The position numbers and the translations under genes were made by a program. This document shows, piece after piece, positions 32,509 through 42,561 of a stretch of DNA of 64,000 bases. The DNA is taken from assembly GCA_034669905.1 (NCBI GenBank), contig JAXMOL010000021.1:32001-96000 (forward strand). The letters run 5' to 3'. Under the pieces are notes generated by a model. The model did no database searches. It worked only from the letters and a program-made list of their open reading frames with translations, and had not been told where the DNA came from. Positions within the stretch are counted from its first letter, which is position 1. Every line of letters begins with the position of its first letter. This stretch comes from Candidatus Hydrogenedentota bacterium. GTDB lineage: Bacteria; Hydrogenedentota; Hydrogenedentia; Hydrogenedentales; JAEUWI01.

Positions 32509-32622
32509 TGGTCCCGGGATACTCCTCCGGCTCTGCAGGTGGGCCTTCATCAGGCGTGGTATAATCCGTCAACATGGGCTGACGGTCTGGTGGAATATAG
32601 ACGCTTAGTAACGGGCGACCAC

Positions 32623-32650
32623 CGTCGTTCCTGCGAAGGCGGGAATCCAG
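32623..32650. repeat. REP-like palindromic element
   Basis: CGTCGTTCCTGCGAAGGCGGGAATCCAG resembles the common GTCATTCCCGCG.AGGCGGGAATCCAG intergenic repeat type; single copy here. Confidence 0.6.
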
Positions 32651-32730
32651 CGTGTGGGCGGTTTGTGTCGCACCACGGGGCCCTTCTAAGGCGCGCGCCC
32701 TCATCCCACAGGCGCTGCGGGTGCCTGCCG

Positions 32731-32777
32731 ATTCCCATAATGAGACAGAAAACTGTCCCATTATGGGACTTGGGACA
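32731..32777. promoter_or_regulatory. Putative bacterial enhancer-binding protein sites (UAS)
   Basis: 36-bp near-perfect palindrome 32733-32768 made of two TGTCnCA-N3-TGnGACA-like sites, 100-145 bp upstream of a -24/-12 box. Confidence 0.6.
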
Positions 32778-32876
32778 CGTGCGCGGTGGCCGGGTCCGGG
32801 TGGTGTTGCGGGCGGTAGGCCTCTAAGTCGTTCCATATCAGTGCATTGTGGGTGAGATTGCTGATGTGCTGTTTTT

Positions 32877-32892
32877 TGGCACAGCCATTGCA
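32877..32892 (+). promoter_or_regulatory. Sigma54 (-24/-12) promoter
   Basis: TGGCAC-AGCCA-TTGCA matches the TGGCAC-N5-TTGC(A/T) consensus. Confidence 0.75.
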
Positions 32893-33126
32893 TAACTATT
32901 CCCATACGGAATAATCTCCGGTGAGGAATGTTGACCCCCAACCGGGAGTCAATGGGTATGGACGCAGGAATGCGGGGGCATTCCTGCGCTCCAGTTCGGG
33001 CTGCGGTTCTCGGGCGGTTGGGGACACGGGTACGGTTTGAACGGACCTCAAACTGCGCCGTACAATGGCCCGTGTCGCCCCAGTGGCCCACAGCTACACC
33101 ACCAACTGCCCGCACCAGGACCCGCT

Positions 33127-35337
33127 ATGCATCGCCTCCGTTTTTTCTGTGCTATCTTTCTGTTTTCTTGCCTGTCAGTCACACCCTCCCTGCAGGCCCA
33201 AGAACATCGTCCGGAACGGGTGGGGCACGCCCTGGAGGCGGTGGATCTCGAAAACCCGCGCGCGACAGTTAAGACGTTCTTTGAGGCGATGCGTGGGTAT
33301 AAGGCCGGCAATGCAGCCCGACTCGTTGACGCCACCCAATGCCTTTACCTTGGTGCCGATCTCAGTCCCGAGGAACGGGTCAATGCGGGGAGTCCCCCGG
33401 CCCAGACGCTTTTCGCGGCCCTGGACGGCATTCAATTTGAGATGGATGCCATCGAGGTACCGACTTCTGCCCGAAACCTGGACGTGACGCTGGGGGAGGG
33501 GGAAGATCAGTTCGTCCTCCACCTGCGCCAGTATGATGACGGATTGTGGCGTATCAGTTCTCAGAGTCTGGAGCCATCCTATCTGGCCGCTCTGGACGAG
33601 ATCATCTCCCGCCGCAATGACGCGTTGAAGGCGTCCGAGAGCGAATTCGTGCATGGGCTGCGCTCTCCCCGTGAGGCCATAGAGGCCTTTATCAAGGGGA
33701 TGAATGGGGAGGACGGTTTTACCCAGGCGGACGCGATAAACACCCTTGAACTCAGTCATGTGACAGAAGTGGATCGCGCAAGTGTAGGGGCCGGTGCGGC
33801 TGCTGATCTCAAGGCGCTTATCGACCGCATTAAGCTGGTGGAATTTGCAGAGATTCCCCCCGAATCCAACCGGGAAACCTACGTGTTTTTCCAGGACCCC
33901 AGTGGTATCGGAAGCATCGTGCTGGCCCCGGTTCCGGATGATAGAGAGCCCGAGCTGAAGGCATGGCGCTTTACCAAGGGGACACTGGATAGTCTGGAAG
34001 ACCTGTATTTTCATTACAAAGACCGCCCACTGGTTCGGGGGCTGGCGCGCAAGCAAGAGATGCAGCCGCTGGCGAATCGCATTCGCGATTGGACCGGCAA
34101 CAGCTATCCGGGTTTGCTCGAGGCCCCCTTCTACCTGAAGAACTACCAGTGGTTGGGGCTCCTTATCCTGGTTTTTCTCGGGGTGTTCATCAGCCGAATT
34201 CTGACCTTGCTCATTGGGGTGTTTATTCGCTACTGGTTTCGGCGAAAAGGCTATGCCTACGACGCCCGGCTGGAGCGGGATTTTATACGGCCCATTCGTA
34301 TCGCCCTCATGGCCTGGGTCTGGCTCTATGGCCTGACGTTACTGGGCTTGAATCCCGATGCGCTCAAGTTGCTCCGCATTGCGGCGTTCTTCGTTACCCT
34401 GGTCGGTGCCGTATGGGCCGCCTATTGTCTCGTCGACATTATCGGGAAATACATGACCGAAAAGGCCCTGAAATCGGTCAGTAAACACGACGATTTGCTC
34501 GTACCGATTGTCGTGCGCACCTTGAAAATTTTTATCGTGTTGGTGGGGCTCGTTGCGCTGGCCTTCCAGGTGAATAAGAATCCGGCCAGTCTCCTGACGG
34601 GATTGGGGCTCGGCGGTCTTGCCTTCGCGTTGGCGGCCAAAGATGTGGTGGCCAATGTCTTCGGCTCGGTGACGATTCTGAGCGACCGTCCCTTCCGGAT
34701 TGGGGACTGGGTGACCGTTGGAAGTATTGACGGCAGCGTGGAGTCGGTCGGGATTCGAAGTACACGGATCCGCACGTTCTACAACTCGCTCATTACCGTT
34801 CCCAATTCTGAGTTGACCAATGCCCACATCGACAATATGGGGGAGCGGCGCTATCGGCGGGTGAAGACCAATCTGGGCGTGACCTACGACACGCCGCCCG
34901 AATCGATCGAAGCCTTTTGCGAGGGAATCCGGGAGCTTATTCGGGCCCATCCCTACACCCGTAAAGACTACTATCATGTCTACCTCAACGGATTCTCAGA
35001 ATCCTCACTGGACATCCTGCTCTACTGCTTCGTTGAGACACCCGATTGGGGGACGGAGTTGCGGGAGAAGCACCGGCTCTATCTGGATATCATCCGTCTT
35101 GCCAAGACCCTCGGGATCTCATTCGCGTTCCCGACGCAGACACTTTTCATTAATCAGGACACGGCCGAGGACGCCAGTGCCCCACCGAGGAGCCAGGGGC
35201 CTGGCCGCGGGGTTTCGGCGGCACGGGAGCTTATCGCCGACTCGTGGGGGCAAGACTCCGAGTGCCCGCCTCCAGTAACGTTTCACGGCCCCGATGACCT
35301 GTCGAGCCGTACGATGAAGGACAACGACCATGAATGA
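33127..35337 (+). CDS. MscS family mechanosensitive channel with large periplasmic N-terminus
   Basis: Signal peptide; two PR.T/A...F repeats; GLGLGGLAFALAAKD, DRPFRIGDW, GIRSTRIRT, SFAFPTQT. Confidence 0.92.
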   Translation: MHRLRFFCAIFLFSCLSVTPSLQAQEHRPERVGHALEAVDLENPRATVKTFFEAMRGYKAGNAARLVDATQCLYLGADLSPEERVNAGSPPAQTLFAALDGIQFEMDAIEVPTSARNLDVTLGEGEDQFVLHLRQYDDGLWRISSQSLEPSYLAALDEIISRRNDALKASESEFVHGLRSPREAIEAFIKGMNGEDGFTQADAINTLELSHVTEVDRASVGAGAAADLKALIDRIKLVEFAEIPPESNRETYVFFQDPSGIGSIVLAPVPDDREPELKAWRFTKGTLDSLEDLYFHYKDRPLVRGLARKQEMQPLANRIRDWTGNSYPGLLEAPFYLKNYQWLGLLILVFLGVFISRILTLLIGVFIRYWFRRKGYAYDARLERDFIRPIRIALMAWVWLYGLTLLGLNPDALKLLRIAAFFVTLVGAVWAAYCLVDIIGKYMTEKALKSVSKHDDLLVPIVVRTLKIFIVLVGLVALAFQVNKNPASLLTGLGLGGLAFALAAKDVVANVFGSVTILSDRPFRIGDWVTVGSIDGSVESVGIRSTRIRTFYNSLITVPNSELTNAHIDNMGERRYRRVKTNLGVTYDTPPESIEAFCEGIRELIRAHPYTRKDYYHVYLNGFSESSLDILLYCFVETPDWGTELREKHRLYLDIIRLAKTLGISFAFPTQTLFINQDTAEDASAPPRSQGPGRGVSAARELIADSWGQDSECPPPVTFHGPDDLSSRTMKDNDHE

Positions 35338-35581
35338 ACAAGAGCAATTGGAAGCCCAGTACCGGGCCAATGCGACCCAGGGGGAAGTGCCCCGCGACGA
35401 TCCCTTCCCGCGCATGATCATCGTTTGCGTCGGCATTACCATGTTTTTGTTGATGGTAATATTGGGCTTTCTCTTTGTGGACTTTATCGTCGGCCAATCA
35501 CGCCAAAATGTGCGCCCTCCCGCAGGGGTGGTGCAGCCCGCGTCGCCGGTGGCACCCGATGCGGCTGATGCGGCTGAATAG
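35330..35581 (+). CDS. Small single-TM hypothetical protein
   Basis: Overlaps the mscS stop, AAGGA RBS, one long hydrophobic segment. Confidence 0.6.
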   Translation: MNEQEQLEAQYRANATQGEVPRDDPFPRMIIVCVGITMFLLMVILGFLFVDFIVGQSRQNVRPPAGVVQPASPVAPDAADAAE

Positions 35582-35609
35582 GTGTAAAACCGAGAAAGTC
35601 GTTAAACTC

Positions 35610-35638
35610 TTGACAAGACTGTGATTTCATGCTAGGTT
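35610..35638 (+). promoter_or_regulatory. Sigma70-type promoter for the kinase pair
   Basis: TTGACA-17 bp-TAGGTT with extended TG. Confidence 0.55.
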
Positions 35639-35659
35639 CAGCTATAATACAAGATATAG

Positions 35660-37987
35660 TTGAGCGCAATATTGGAATCACAACGGATGGTAGAGCACGT
35701 CGGCCAGGCTTCCCTCATTGGGCGGTCACTCGGAAATTATGCCGTAGAAGCACTCCTCGGAAGGGGTGCTACCGGGGCCGTGTACCTCGCCAAGGACACC
35801 GCGCTGGGAAGACCGGTTGCGCTCAAAGTCCTCCTTGGCAGTCTCGCGCGCAGTCCGGAGCAGGTGGCCCGTTTTCTCGAAGAAGCGCGGGCCGTAGCGC
35901 CCCTGCAACACCCCCATATTGTCGGGGTTTATGAAGCCGGCATACGGGACGGGACGCCCTTCATCGCGATGGAGTACATCCAAGGCGAGGCCCTGGACCG
36001 CTTTCTTCGCCGTAATGCCCCGTTGAATTGGCGGCATGCCCTCTATATCGCGAGCCAAGTGGCAGGGGCGTTGCATTGCGCCCATGACGCGGGCATTGTG
36101 CATCGGGATGTGAAACCAGCCAATATTCTGTTGGATCGCCTGGGGCACGTGCGCCTGACGGATTTCGGTATCGCCCGCGTCCAGGAAGAGGTGGTGCCCC
36201 ACGGGCAAGGCTATTCCTTTTTCGGAACGCCCGACTACATGTCTCCGGAGCAATGCGGAAGCGGCGCACCCATCGGAAGGCGAAGTGATTTTTTTGCGCT
36301 GGGCGTTATGCTCTTCGAGATGATGACCGGCTCCCTGCCCTTTACCGCCGAGAGTATCCCCGCGAGGATTCAGCAAATCGTCCATGAGGAGGTGCCCCGG
36401 CTCAACCGCGTCCGGGAGGATATTCCCGATGTGGTGGCCCGGTTGGTAGCGGTCATGTTGGAAAAGTCGCCCCAGCGGCGCCCGGCAACGGGTGAAATCA
36501 TCCACGCCGAAATCGTGCGCATTCAGCAGCAGGATGGCGACGCATCCGCCGTACCGGCCGCACTGAACGCATTCATACGTGAAATGGCCGTGGTACCCGA
36601 AGGCCGGGCGGACACGCCCCTTCCCGGGGAGCGACGCCCATTGCGGGCCCCCCAGATGCGGTTGCGTCCCGAACAAAAACGACTGGCCCCCATCAGTTTC
36701 TTCGCGCAGAGCATGCTCGTGTTGTTTATCCTGCTGGGAATGGTGGGGGTTTCGTACTGGCACATCGTGGAAGCGCCACGCCCCATCCCCAGGGCGGTGC
36801 TCCTCGACTCGGAGCTGCTCCACGTGGACGCGTCGGAGCATCTTTGGGTCCAGCTCCCCGCGCCACACTGGATGGTAGCGCGCATGGCCTGGGTCGGCGA
36901 TCAGGAGGTTGCCCTTGTGTCCGTCAAGGGACGTCCCGGGACGGCCTATGATGGCAGTACAGGCATACTCGCCGTGGATGCGGAATCAAGACAGGTCTGG
37001 AGTGTGGGTGCGCCCGTTGGCCCCTTATTCGATACGGGACTCAACAGCGGACACCTGGTGTCCGTGTTGCCAGGTGCCATGCCCGCAGGTGGCGCGTCTG
37101 CGCCCTTGGCGAACGCCTTCGTAGTGCCCTTCTTTTCGGGCAAGGTAAATGGGGAAGGCGGCTATGGTTTAATTCAGGCCCTGGCCCAGTCCTGGGAATT
37201 CTCCGCACCGGGCGATGAACTCTTGTTTCAAATGGACGCGTCGGTGGTTGCCCCGGCCCCGCCCGAAGAGCGCTGGGCGTCAACGCCCCCCACGGTTCCC
37301 GTGGCGATTCATCCCAATGGATATACCCTTGCCATGTTGCTGTATGACGTCCCGTCGGGGAATCGCTACATTGCAGAGCGGGATGTACGTTGGCGTGACC
37401 CTGCTCGTATCGGTCGGCGTCTCACGACCACGACCGATGCCATTACGGGCCATTCCATGCGCTACAGCGACAACGGAGAACGGCTGGCCTACTTGCGGGG
37501 TGACGGAACGGCGGAACAGAGTCTTTGGGTCATCGACACCCGGGATGCCGTGCCCAACGGGGTGCCGGTTGCGACGGGACGTCTGGGGGGCTATGCCTTC
37601 AATCCCGATGGGACCCGTGTTGCAGTAACCCACGAGCGGGATGGTGAGAGCCACATTTTATTCGTCGATACGGTGCGGGGGCGCATCGAGGGAAGTGCGG
37701 GGCCCGGACGTTGTGACGCGGCTTCCTGGCACCCGACCCAGGACTATCTGGTGGTGCAGGCTCCGGACGATGATTCTGGAGCGCCACAACTATGGCGACT
37801 GGATACCACGCCACCCTATGTGCGAACCCGGCTGACCCAATTGGAGGCGGGCGCGCAGCAGCCGGCTTCCCTGTCGCGGAGTGGCCGTTGGCTGGGTACG
37901 GCCTCCGATACAGACCAGGGGCCCGCCGTCTTGTTGGTGCCCCACCGGGATCAAGAATTTTCGGGGCAGGAGAGGAACGCGCTATGA
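35660..37987 (+). CDS. Membrane Ser/Thr protein kinase with C-terminal TolB/WD40-like propeller
   Basis: GRGATG, VALK, HRDVKPAN, DFG, GTPDYMSPE; one TM; repeats such as YSDNGERL, FNPDGTRV, WHPTQDYL; start may be ATG 35687. Confidence 0.9.
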   Translation: MSAILESQRMVEHVGQASLIGRSLGNYAVEALLGRGATGAVYLAKDTALGRPVALKVLLGSLARSPEQVARFLEEARAVAPLQHPHIVGVYEAGIRDGTPFIAMEYIQGEALDRFLRRNAPLNWRHALYIASQVAGALHCAHDAGIVHRDVKPANILLDRLGHVRLTDFGIARVQEEVVPHGQGYSFFGTPDYMSPEQCGSGAPIGRRSDFFALGVMLFEMMTGSLPFTAESIPARIQQIVHEEVPRLNRVREDIPDVVARLVAVMLEKSPQRRPATGEIIHAEIVRIQQQDGDASAVPAALNAFIREMAVVPEGRADTPLPGERRPLRAPQMRLRPEQKRLAPISFFAQSMLVLFILLGMVGVSYWHIVEAPRPIPRAVLLDSELLHVDASEHLWVQLPAPHWMVARMAWVGDQEVALVSVKGRPGTAYDGSTGILAVDAESRQVWSVGAPVGPLFDTGLNSGHLVSVLPGAMPAGGASAPLANAFVVPFFSGKVNGEGGYGLIQALAQSWEFSAPGDELLFQMDASVVAPAPPEERWASTPPTVPVAIHPNGYTLAMLLYDVPSGNRYIAERDVRWRDPARIGRRLTTTTDAITGHSMRYSDNGERLAYLRGDGTAEQSLWVIDTRDAVPNGVPVATGRLGGYAFNPDGTRVAVTHERDGESHILFVDTVRGRIEGSAGPGRCDAASWHPTQDYLVVQAPDDDSGAPQLWRLDTTPPYVRTRLTQLEAGAQQPASLSRSGRWLGTASDTDQGPAVLLVPHRDQEFSGQERNAL

Positions 37988-40116
37988 ATCCGGCGGACAG
38001 CAGTGCCACCTACACCTATGCCCTCGGTGGTTATGAAATAACATCGGCCGCAGGTGCCGGCGGAATGGGCGTTGTCTACAAGGGGATCGATCCGGCCCTG
38101 GGACGTCCTGTGGCGATTAAGGTGTTGAAGGACGAGTTGCAAACGCACGCGGCCGTGGTGGCCCGATTTCGGCGTGAAGCCGAAGCGATCGCCACCTTGA
38201 GCCATCCGAACATCGTCCGGATTTATGCGGTAGGGGATCGGGATAGCCTGCCCTATATTGTGATGGAGTATGTGGAGGGGGCGCCCCTCAGCGACCTGCT
38301 CATCGAGTCGGGATCGCTGCCCTGGGAGGAAGCCCTCGACATTGGTGTTCAGGTGGCGGACGCCCTGGCGTGCGCCCATGAATGCCAGGTAATTCACCGG
38401 GATATAAAGCCCGCCAATATTCTCATGCGTGAGGATGGGGTGGTGAAGGTGACCGACTTCGGGATAGCGAAAGTGTTGAACGCGTCGACCCAGTTGACGG
38501 TTGACGGGGCGCGAATTGGCACGCCCCAATACATGTGCCCGGAACGGTGTAAAAATCTCCCCATCACACCCAGCAGCGATATTTACTCCTTGGGCGTTAT
38601 GCTCTTCCAATGCATTACGGGGCGACTGCCCTTTGAAGCAAATAGCTCGGCGGAGCTGATCAATAAGATTTCTGCCGAGGTGCCCCGGAGAGTTCGTGCG
38701 CTCAAGCCCGAGGTCCCCGAGTCCGTTGACCGTCTCATCGCCTACATGTTGGAGAAAGACGCTGCGGACCGGCCGGCGGACAGCCACGTTTTGCGTGAAC
38801 TGATGGAGCGGGTGCGAAGAGGCGAGTGCGTCAACGACGTACTGCCGATGGATCGTGCCCTGGAAGCCATCCGTGCGGAAACACCCCTGCCACCGCCGCC
38901 AACGGCCGAAGCAACGACCGTCGAGTCGTGTGGCTGGTGGGCGCGTCTTCGAGGACAGTGGTTTTCCCTGCCTTCGTGGCTGCGGATAGGGCTCGCGACC
39001 GGCGTTGCCGCCTGCATTGCCATCGGGGCCGGGCGGGCCTTTCTGCCTGCCATGGAAGCGCGGGAAGATCTGACCCAACGCTTCGCTGCCCGTGCGGAGT
39101 CGGAGCGCTGGACCGAACGTAATTCGCTGGCCTATTTTGAAACGGAGTCAGGGTCTGTTGTAACGGGAACGTTGCAATTGCCGGATGTCGCGCTGGCGCA
39201 GTTTGTATGGATAGGCGGAGCCGATGGCGCGGTCGCGCTGCTTGACGGGCAGGCCGGCGCATCTCGTGAAGGAGCACGCTCCCTGTTGACGATGAATCCC
39301 TATTTGCGGCAGGTCAATGTTTCGCTGGCCCCCTTTGGCTCACCCAAGGTCCCCAGTGACTTGTGTCTGTTGGGCGCGGGCAATGGCAGGGCCGGAACGT
39401 CGGGCATGGTGTTGACCCAGGACGGCGCGACGTGGTTTCTGAAAACGATCCCGGGTGCCGTTCCGGAAATGATTGCGCCCTGGCCCGCGACCGTGGCAAC
39501 CCTGCTGACCGGGACAGATCGTGATGTGTTGTTATTTCTCAAGGAGGACGGCGTCGGCCGTCTCGTACGGGTAGATGAACGTCGTCCCGGGGTATTTTCC
39601 CAGGAAGTCTCGTTGGATGGCGTGGTACAGCAAATGGCGGTGGACGCGGGTGGGGAGACGCTTGCGCTCTGGATTCGTAACGGGACCGGGGAACGAATCG
39701 AATGGCGCGCGATGAATCGCCTGGACGATGCGGGCACGGTGGTGGCCGAGGGTGCCCTGCATCTCAGCCGCCGAGCCATACAGCCCGAGGGCGGGGGGAT
39801 TGCCGTGGTAAGCGATGTGAACGGGGGGATCGGACAGGCGGTTATTCAATCCCGTTTCAACCCCAATGATCGTCGCGTGCTCGGTGAGGCCAGCGAGGTG
39901 GCATGGCGACCCGGGGCAGACGAGCTAATCCTGATGGCCCCGGACCATGCGGGGCGGCGTCAGCTATGGCGCGTGCCGGCCGCCCAGCCTGATGGGCGCA
40001 CCCAAATTACATTCCTGGATTCCGGGTTGGGGACTTCCTTCTGCATCGCGGATGACGGGGCCTATGCCGTGGCCAATGTGCCTGACTCCAATCGTTTTGT
40101 GATTGTCGCGTTGTAG
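37984..40116 (+). CDS. Membrane Ser/Thr protein kinase with C-terminal propeller-like domain
   Basis: GAGGMG, VAIK, HRDIKPAN, DFG, GTPQYMCPE; one TM; ATGA overlap with the upstream kinase stop. Confidence 0.9.
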   Translation: MNPADSSATYTYALGGYEITSAAGAGGMGVVYKGIDPALGRPVAIKVLKDELQTHAAVVARFRREAEAIATLSHPNIVRIYAVGDRDSLPYIVMEYVEGAPLSDLLIESGSLPWEEALDIGVQVADALACAHECQVIHRDIKPANILMREDGVVKVTDFGIAKVLNASTQLTVDGARIGTPQYMCPERCKNLPITPSSDIYSLGVMLFQCITGRLPFEANSSAELINKISAEVPRRVRALKPEVPESVDRLIAYMLEKDAADRPADSHVLRELMERVRRGECVNDVLPMDRALEAIRAETPLPPPPTAEATTVESCGWWARLRGQWFSLPSWLRIGLATGVAACIAIGAGRAFLPAMEAREDLTQRFAARAESERWTERNSLAYFETESGSVVTGTLQLPDVALAQFVWIGGADGAVALLDGQAGASREGARSLLTMNPYLRQVNVSLAPFGSPKVPSDLCLLGAGNGRAGTSGMVLTQDGATWFLKTIPGAVPEMIAPWPATVATLLTGTDRDVLLFLKEDGVGRLVRVDERRPGVFSQEVSLDGVVQQMAVDAGGETLALWIRNGTGERIEWRAMNRLDDAGTVVAEGALHLSRRAIQPEGGGIAVVSDVNGGIGQAVIQSRFNPNDRRVLGEASEVAWRPGADELILMAPDHAGRRQLWRVPAAQPDGRTQITFLDSGLGTSFCIADDGAYAVANVPDSNRFVIVAL

Positions 40117-40159
40117 AATAGTCTTTCGAGGGGGGCTGGTGGTGTCCCGGTTTTCGCGG

Positions 40160-41092
40160 TCAGTTGTTTTCCTCTTCCACCTGCAGGCCTTTTCCCCACT
40201 GGTGGATGGCGCCGCCCTTATCGCCACCTGCCGTCTTGGCCTCGGCCAGGGATTCCTCGAGGCGTGGAAGGACGATTTCCAGGGTGTCTCCGTCATCGGG
40301 CAGCTGCAGTAGACTTGCCGAAAAGGTCAGGTCATAGCCCGCCACAGCCATGGCGATCGTGCCGAGTTGTTCCTGAATACGACGAACCAGTATGAGCGCC
40401 CCTTCACTGGGGGTCTCGGGTAGAAACAGCAGGAACTGCCCTCCCTGGTAGCGCCCGGCAATGTCCATGGCACGGATGCTGGTCAAAATCACGCCGGAGA
40501 GGCAGGTGAGGAGTAAATCCCCCATGGAAACGCCGCTTTCGGTATTCACTTCGGTGAAGGAATCAATATCGATCAGCACCAGGCTGGCCGTACGCTTGTA
40601 ACGGGCTACCCGACGGAGTTCGTCAATCAGATCCTTTTCCAGTGCCGGCCGATTGAGGAGTCGGGTGAGCGGATCGACGCGCACCATTTCCTCATAGGAG
40701 CGGCGACGCTCAATGACCGCCTGCACGTGGGCCACCAGAATGACCGGATCAAAAGGCTTCACCAGACAATCATCCACGCCGCTGCGCAGGGCGCGGACAT
40801 GGGTTTCTACCTGACTTCCGTCGATGAGAAACAGAAAGGGGATGTCTCGGGTGAGGGGACTGAGCATGCACTTTTCCCGGAGGCGGGCCCCATCGATGGC
40901 GGCCACCCCATGTTCGGATACGACCACGTCCACGGGACCGTCCTTTAACCGTTTCAGGGCCTCCCAGCCATCCGCAGCGGATCGGACATGAAAGTTCGCA
41001 CGGCTCAGGTATTCCCGCATGAGATGCAGTGCATTGGCATCATTTTCAACGAGTAGCACATTCCGTTGACGCATCGTGGACTTTATGGACAT
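40160..41092 (-). CDS. REC-GGDEF protein with both domains degenerate
   Basis: REC fold (LLVEND...KPF) with Glu at the phosphoacceptor position; DPLTRLLNR, DID, RAMD I-site, QGGQF in place of GG(D/E)EF. Confidence 0.85.
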   Translation of the reverse strand: MSIKSTMRQRNVLLVENDANALHLMREYLSRANFHVRSAADGWEALKRLKDGPVDVVVSEHGVAAIDGARLREKCMLSPLTRDIPFLFLIDGSQVETHVRALRSGVDDCLVKPFDPVILVAHVQAVIERRRSYEEMVRVDPLTRLLNRPALEKDLIDELRRVARYKRTASLVLIDIDSFTEVNTESGVSMGDLLLTCLSGVILTSIRAMDIAGRYQGGQFLLFLPETPSEGALILVRRIQEQLGTIAMAVAGYDLTFSASLLQLPDDGDTLEIVLPRLEESLAEAKTAGGDKGGAIHQWGKGLQVEEENN

Positions 41093-41127
41093 GGGGTGAT
41101 TGGTTTCCCTCTGGGCAGTTGCTGGAT

Positions 41128-42561
41128 TCAGTGGTTGTCAGGGGTGTCGGGTGTGTCGGAATCGGTGTTGTGTGAGGCCCCGATCAGGATCAAGGTCCCG
41201 ATGGTGCCTGCAACGATACTGGCGATGAGCGTGCCTACTTTTGAACCCGCGAGGTAATCGGCCATGTGACTGGCGGATTCCACGGCGCCGTGTCCCGCGT
41301 CGTGTCCGATAGGGAAGGCGAGGCCACCGATAAAGAGAGACATGGTAAAGCCGATGCCCGCGAGCCAGGTCACGCCATAGATTTGCATCCACCGGACTCC
41401 TTGGGGGAGTTCGGCGAGGCCAGCCTTTACGGTGAGCCAACTGGCCCCGAAGATGCCCACTTGCTTGCCGACGATCAGGCCGAGAATAACACCCCAGGTA
41501 ACCCGTTGATTGAAAATCTCACCAATATGGCTGAAGTCCAGATGGACCCCGGAATTGGCAAAGGCGAATACGGGCATGATGAGGAAGGCGGTGAGGGGGT
41601 GGAGCTTGTGTTCAATACGCTGCAGGGGGGCTTCCACGTGGATACACTCGGCTTCAATGGCACGCACGACGCGCTGTTGCCGGGAATTGACCAGGAGTGG
41701 ATTCACATTGTCTTCCGCCTGGTGGAAGCGTTGGAGCAGCTTGTTAATACGGCTGATGAACAAGGGCGTTTCATACCGGGCATCCGCCGGCACAGTAAAG
41801 GCAAAGAGAACGCCTGCGATGGTGGCATGCACCCCGGAGAGGAAGAATTCGACCCAGATGACCCCCGCCATCATGACGAATACCAGGGCATTCCGAACGC
41901 CCATCCGGGCAAAGATAAAGGACAGAATGATCATGGCCAGGCCTACCATAAGTGGGCGCATGGTAATGGCTTCCGTGTAGAAGAGGGCAATGACGGTGAC
42001 GGACCCCAGATCATCCACAATGGCCAGGGCTATCAGGAATACGGCGAGGCCGGTGGGTATCCGTTTGGAGAGCAGTCCCAGCACACCCGCCGCGAAGGCA
42101 ATATCGGTGGCCATAGGAATGCCCCAGCCAATGGAGGTCTCACTGCCGTAGTTAACGAGTGAATAAACGAGCGCCGGGCAAACCATGCCGCCGATGGCCG
42201 CTGCAATGGGAAGCAGGGCCTTCCGGAAGGAGGCGAGTTCGCCCACCAGCAGTTCACGCTTTATTTCCAGCCCGACAATGAAGAAGAAGATGGCCATAAG
42301 TCCATCATTGATCAGGTGATGCAGTGATTTAGAGATGACTTCGCCGTGAATATAAAAGCCCAGATCCAAATGCCATATATCCGCATACCACTCGTATAAG
42401 GGGCGTCCATTTATTATCAATCCACTGTTCGCCATGAAAAAGGCGGCGGCGGCGGCAAAAAGCAGAAATATGGCCGCCATGGCATCATGGTGCAGGATTT
42501 TTTGAAGGGTGGACACTTGCTCCAACTCGGGGATCGTGGTGCCTTTTTTCTTTTCACTCAT
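41128..42561 (-). CDS. nhaA: Na+/H+ antiporter NhaA
   Basis: INDGLMAIFF, GWGIPMATDIAF, LAIVDDLG, SGVHATIAG, GIGFTMSLFI; start could be 42579. Confidence 0.95.
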   Translation of the reverse strand: MSEKKKGTTIPELEQVSTLQKILHHDAMAAIFLLFAAAAAFFMANSGLIINGRPLYEWYADIWHLDLGFYIHGEVISKSLHHLINDGLMAIFFFIVGLEIKRELLVGELASFRKALLPIAAAIGGMVCPALVYSLVNYGSETSIGWGIPMATDIAFAAGVLGLLSKRIPTGLAVFLIALAIVDDLGSVTVIALFYTEAITMRPLMVGLAMIILSFIFARMGVRNALVFVMMAGVIWVEFFLSGVHATIAGVLFAFTVPADARYETPLFISRINKLLQRFHQAEDNVNPLLVNSRQQRVVRAIEAECIHVEAPLQRIEHKLHPLTAFLIMPVFAFANSGVHLDFSHIGEIFNQRVTWGVILGLIVGKQVGIFGASWLTVKAGLAELPQGVRWMQIYGVTWLAGIGFTMSLFIGGLAFPIGHDAGHGAVESASHMADYLAGSKVGTLIASIVAGTIGTLILIGASHNTDSDTPDTPDNH

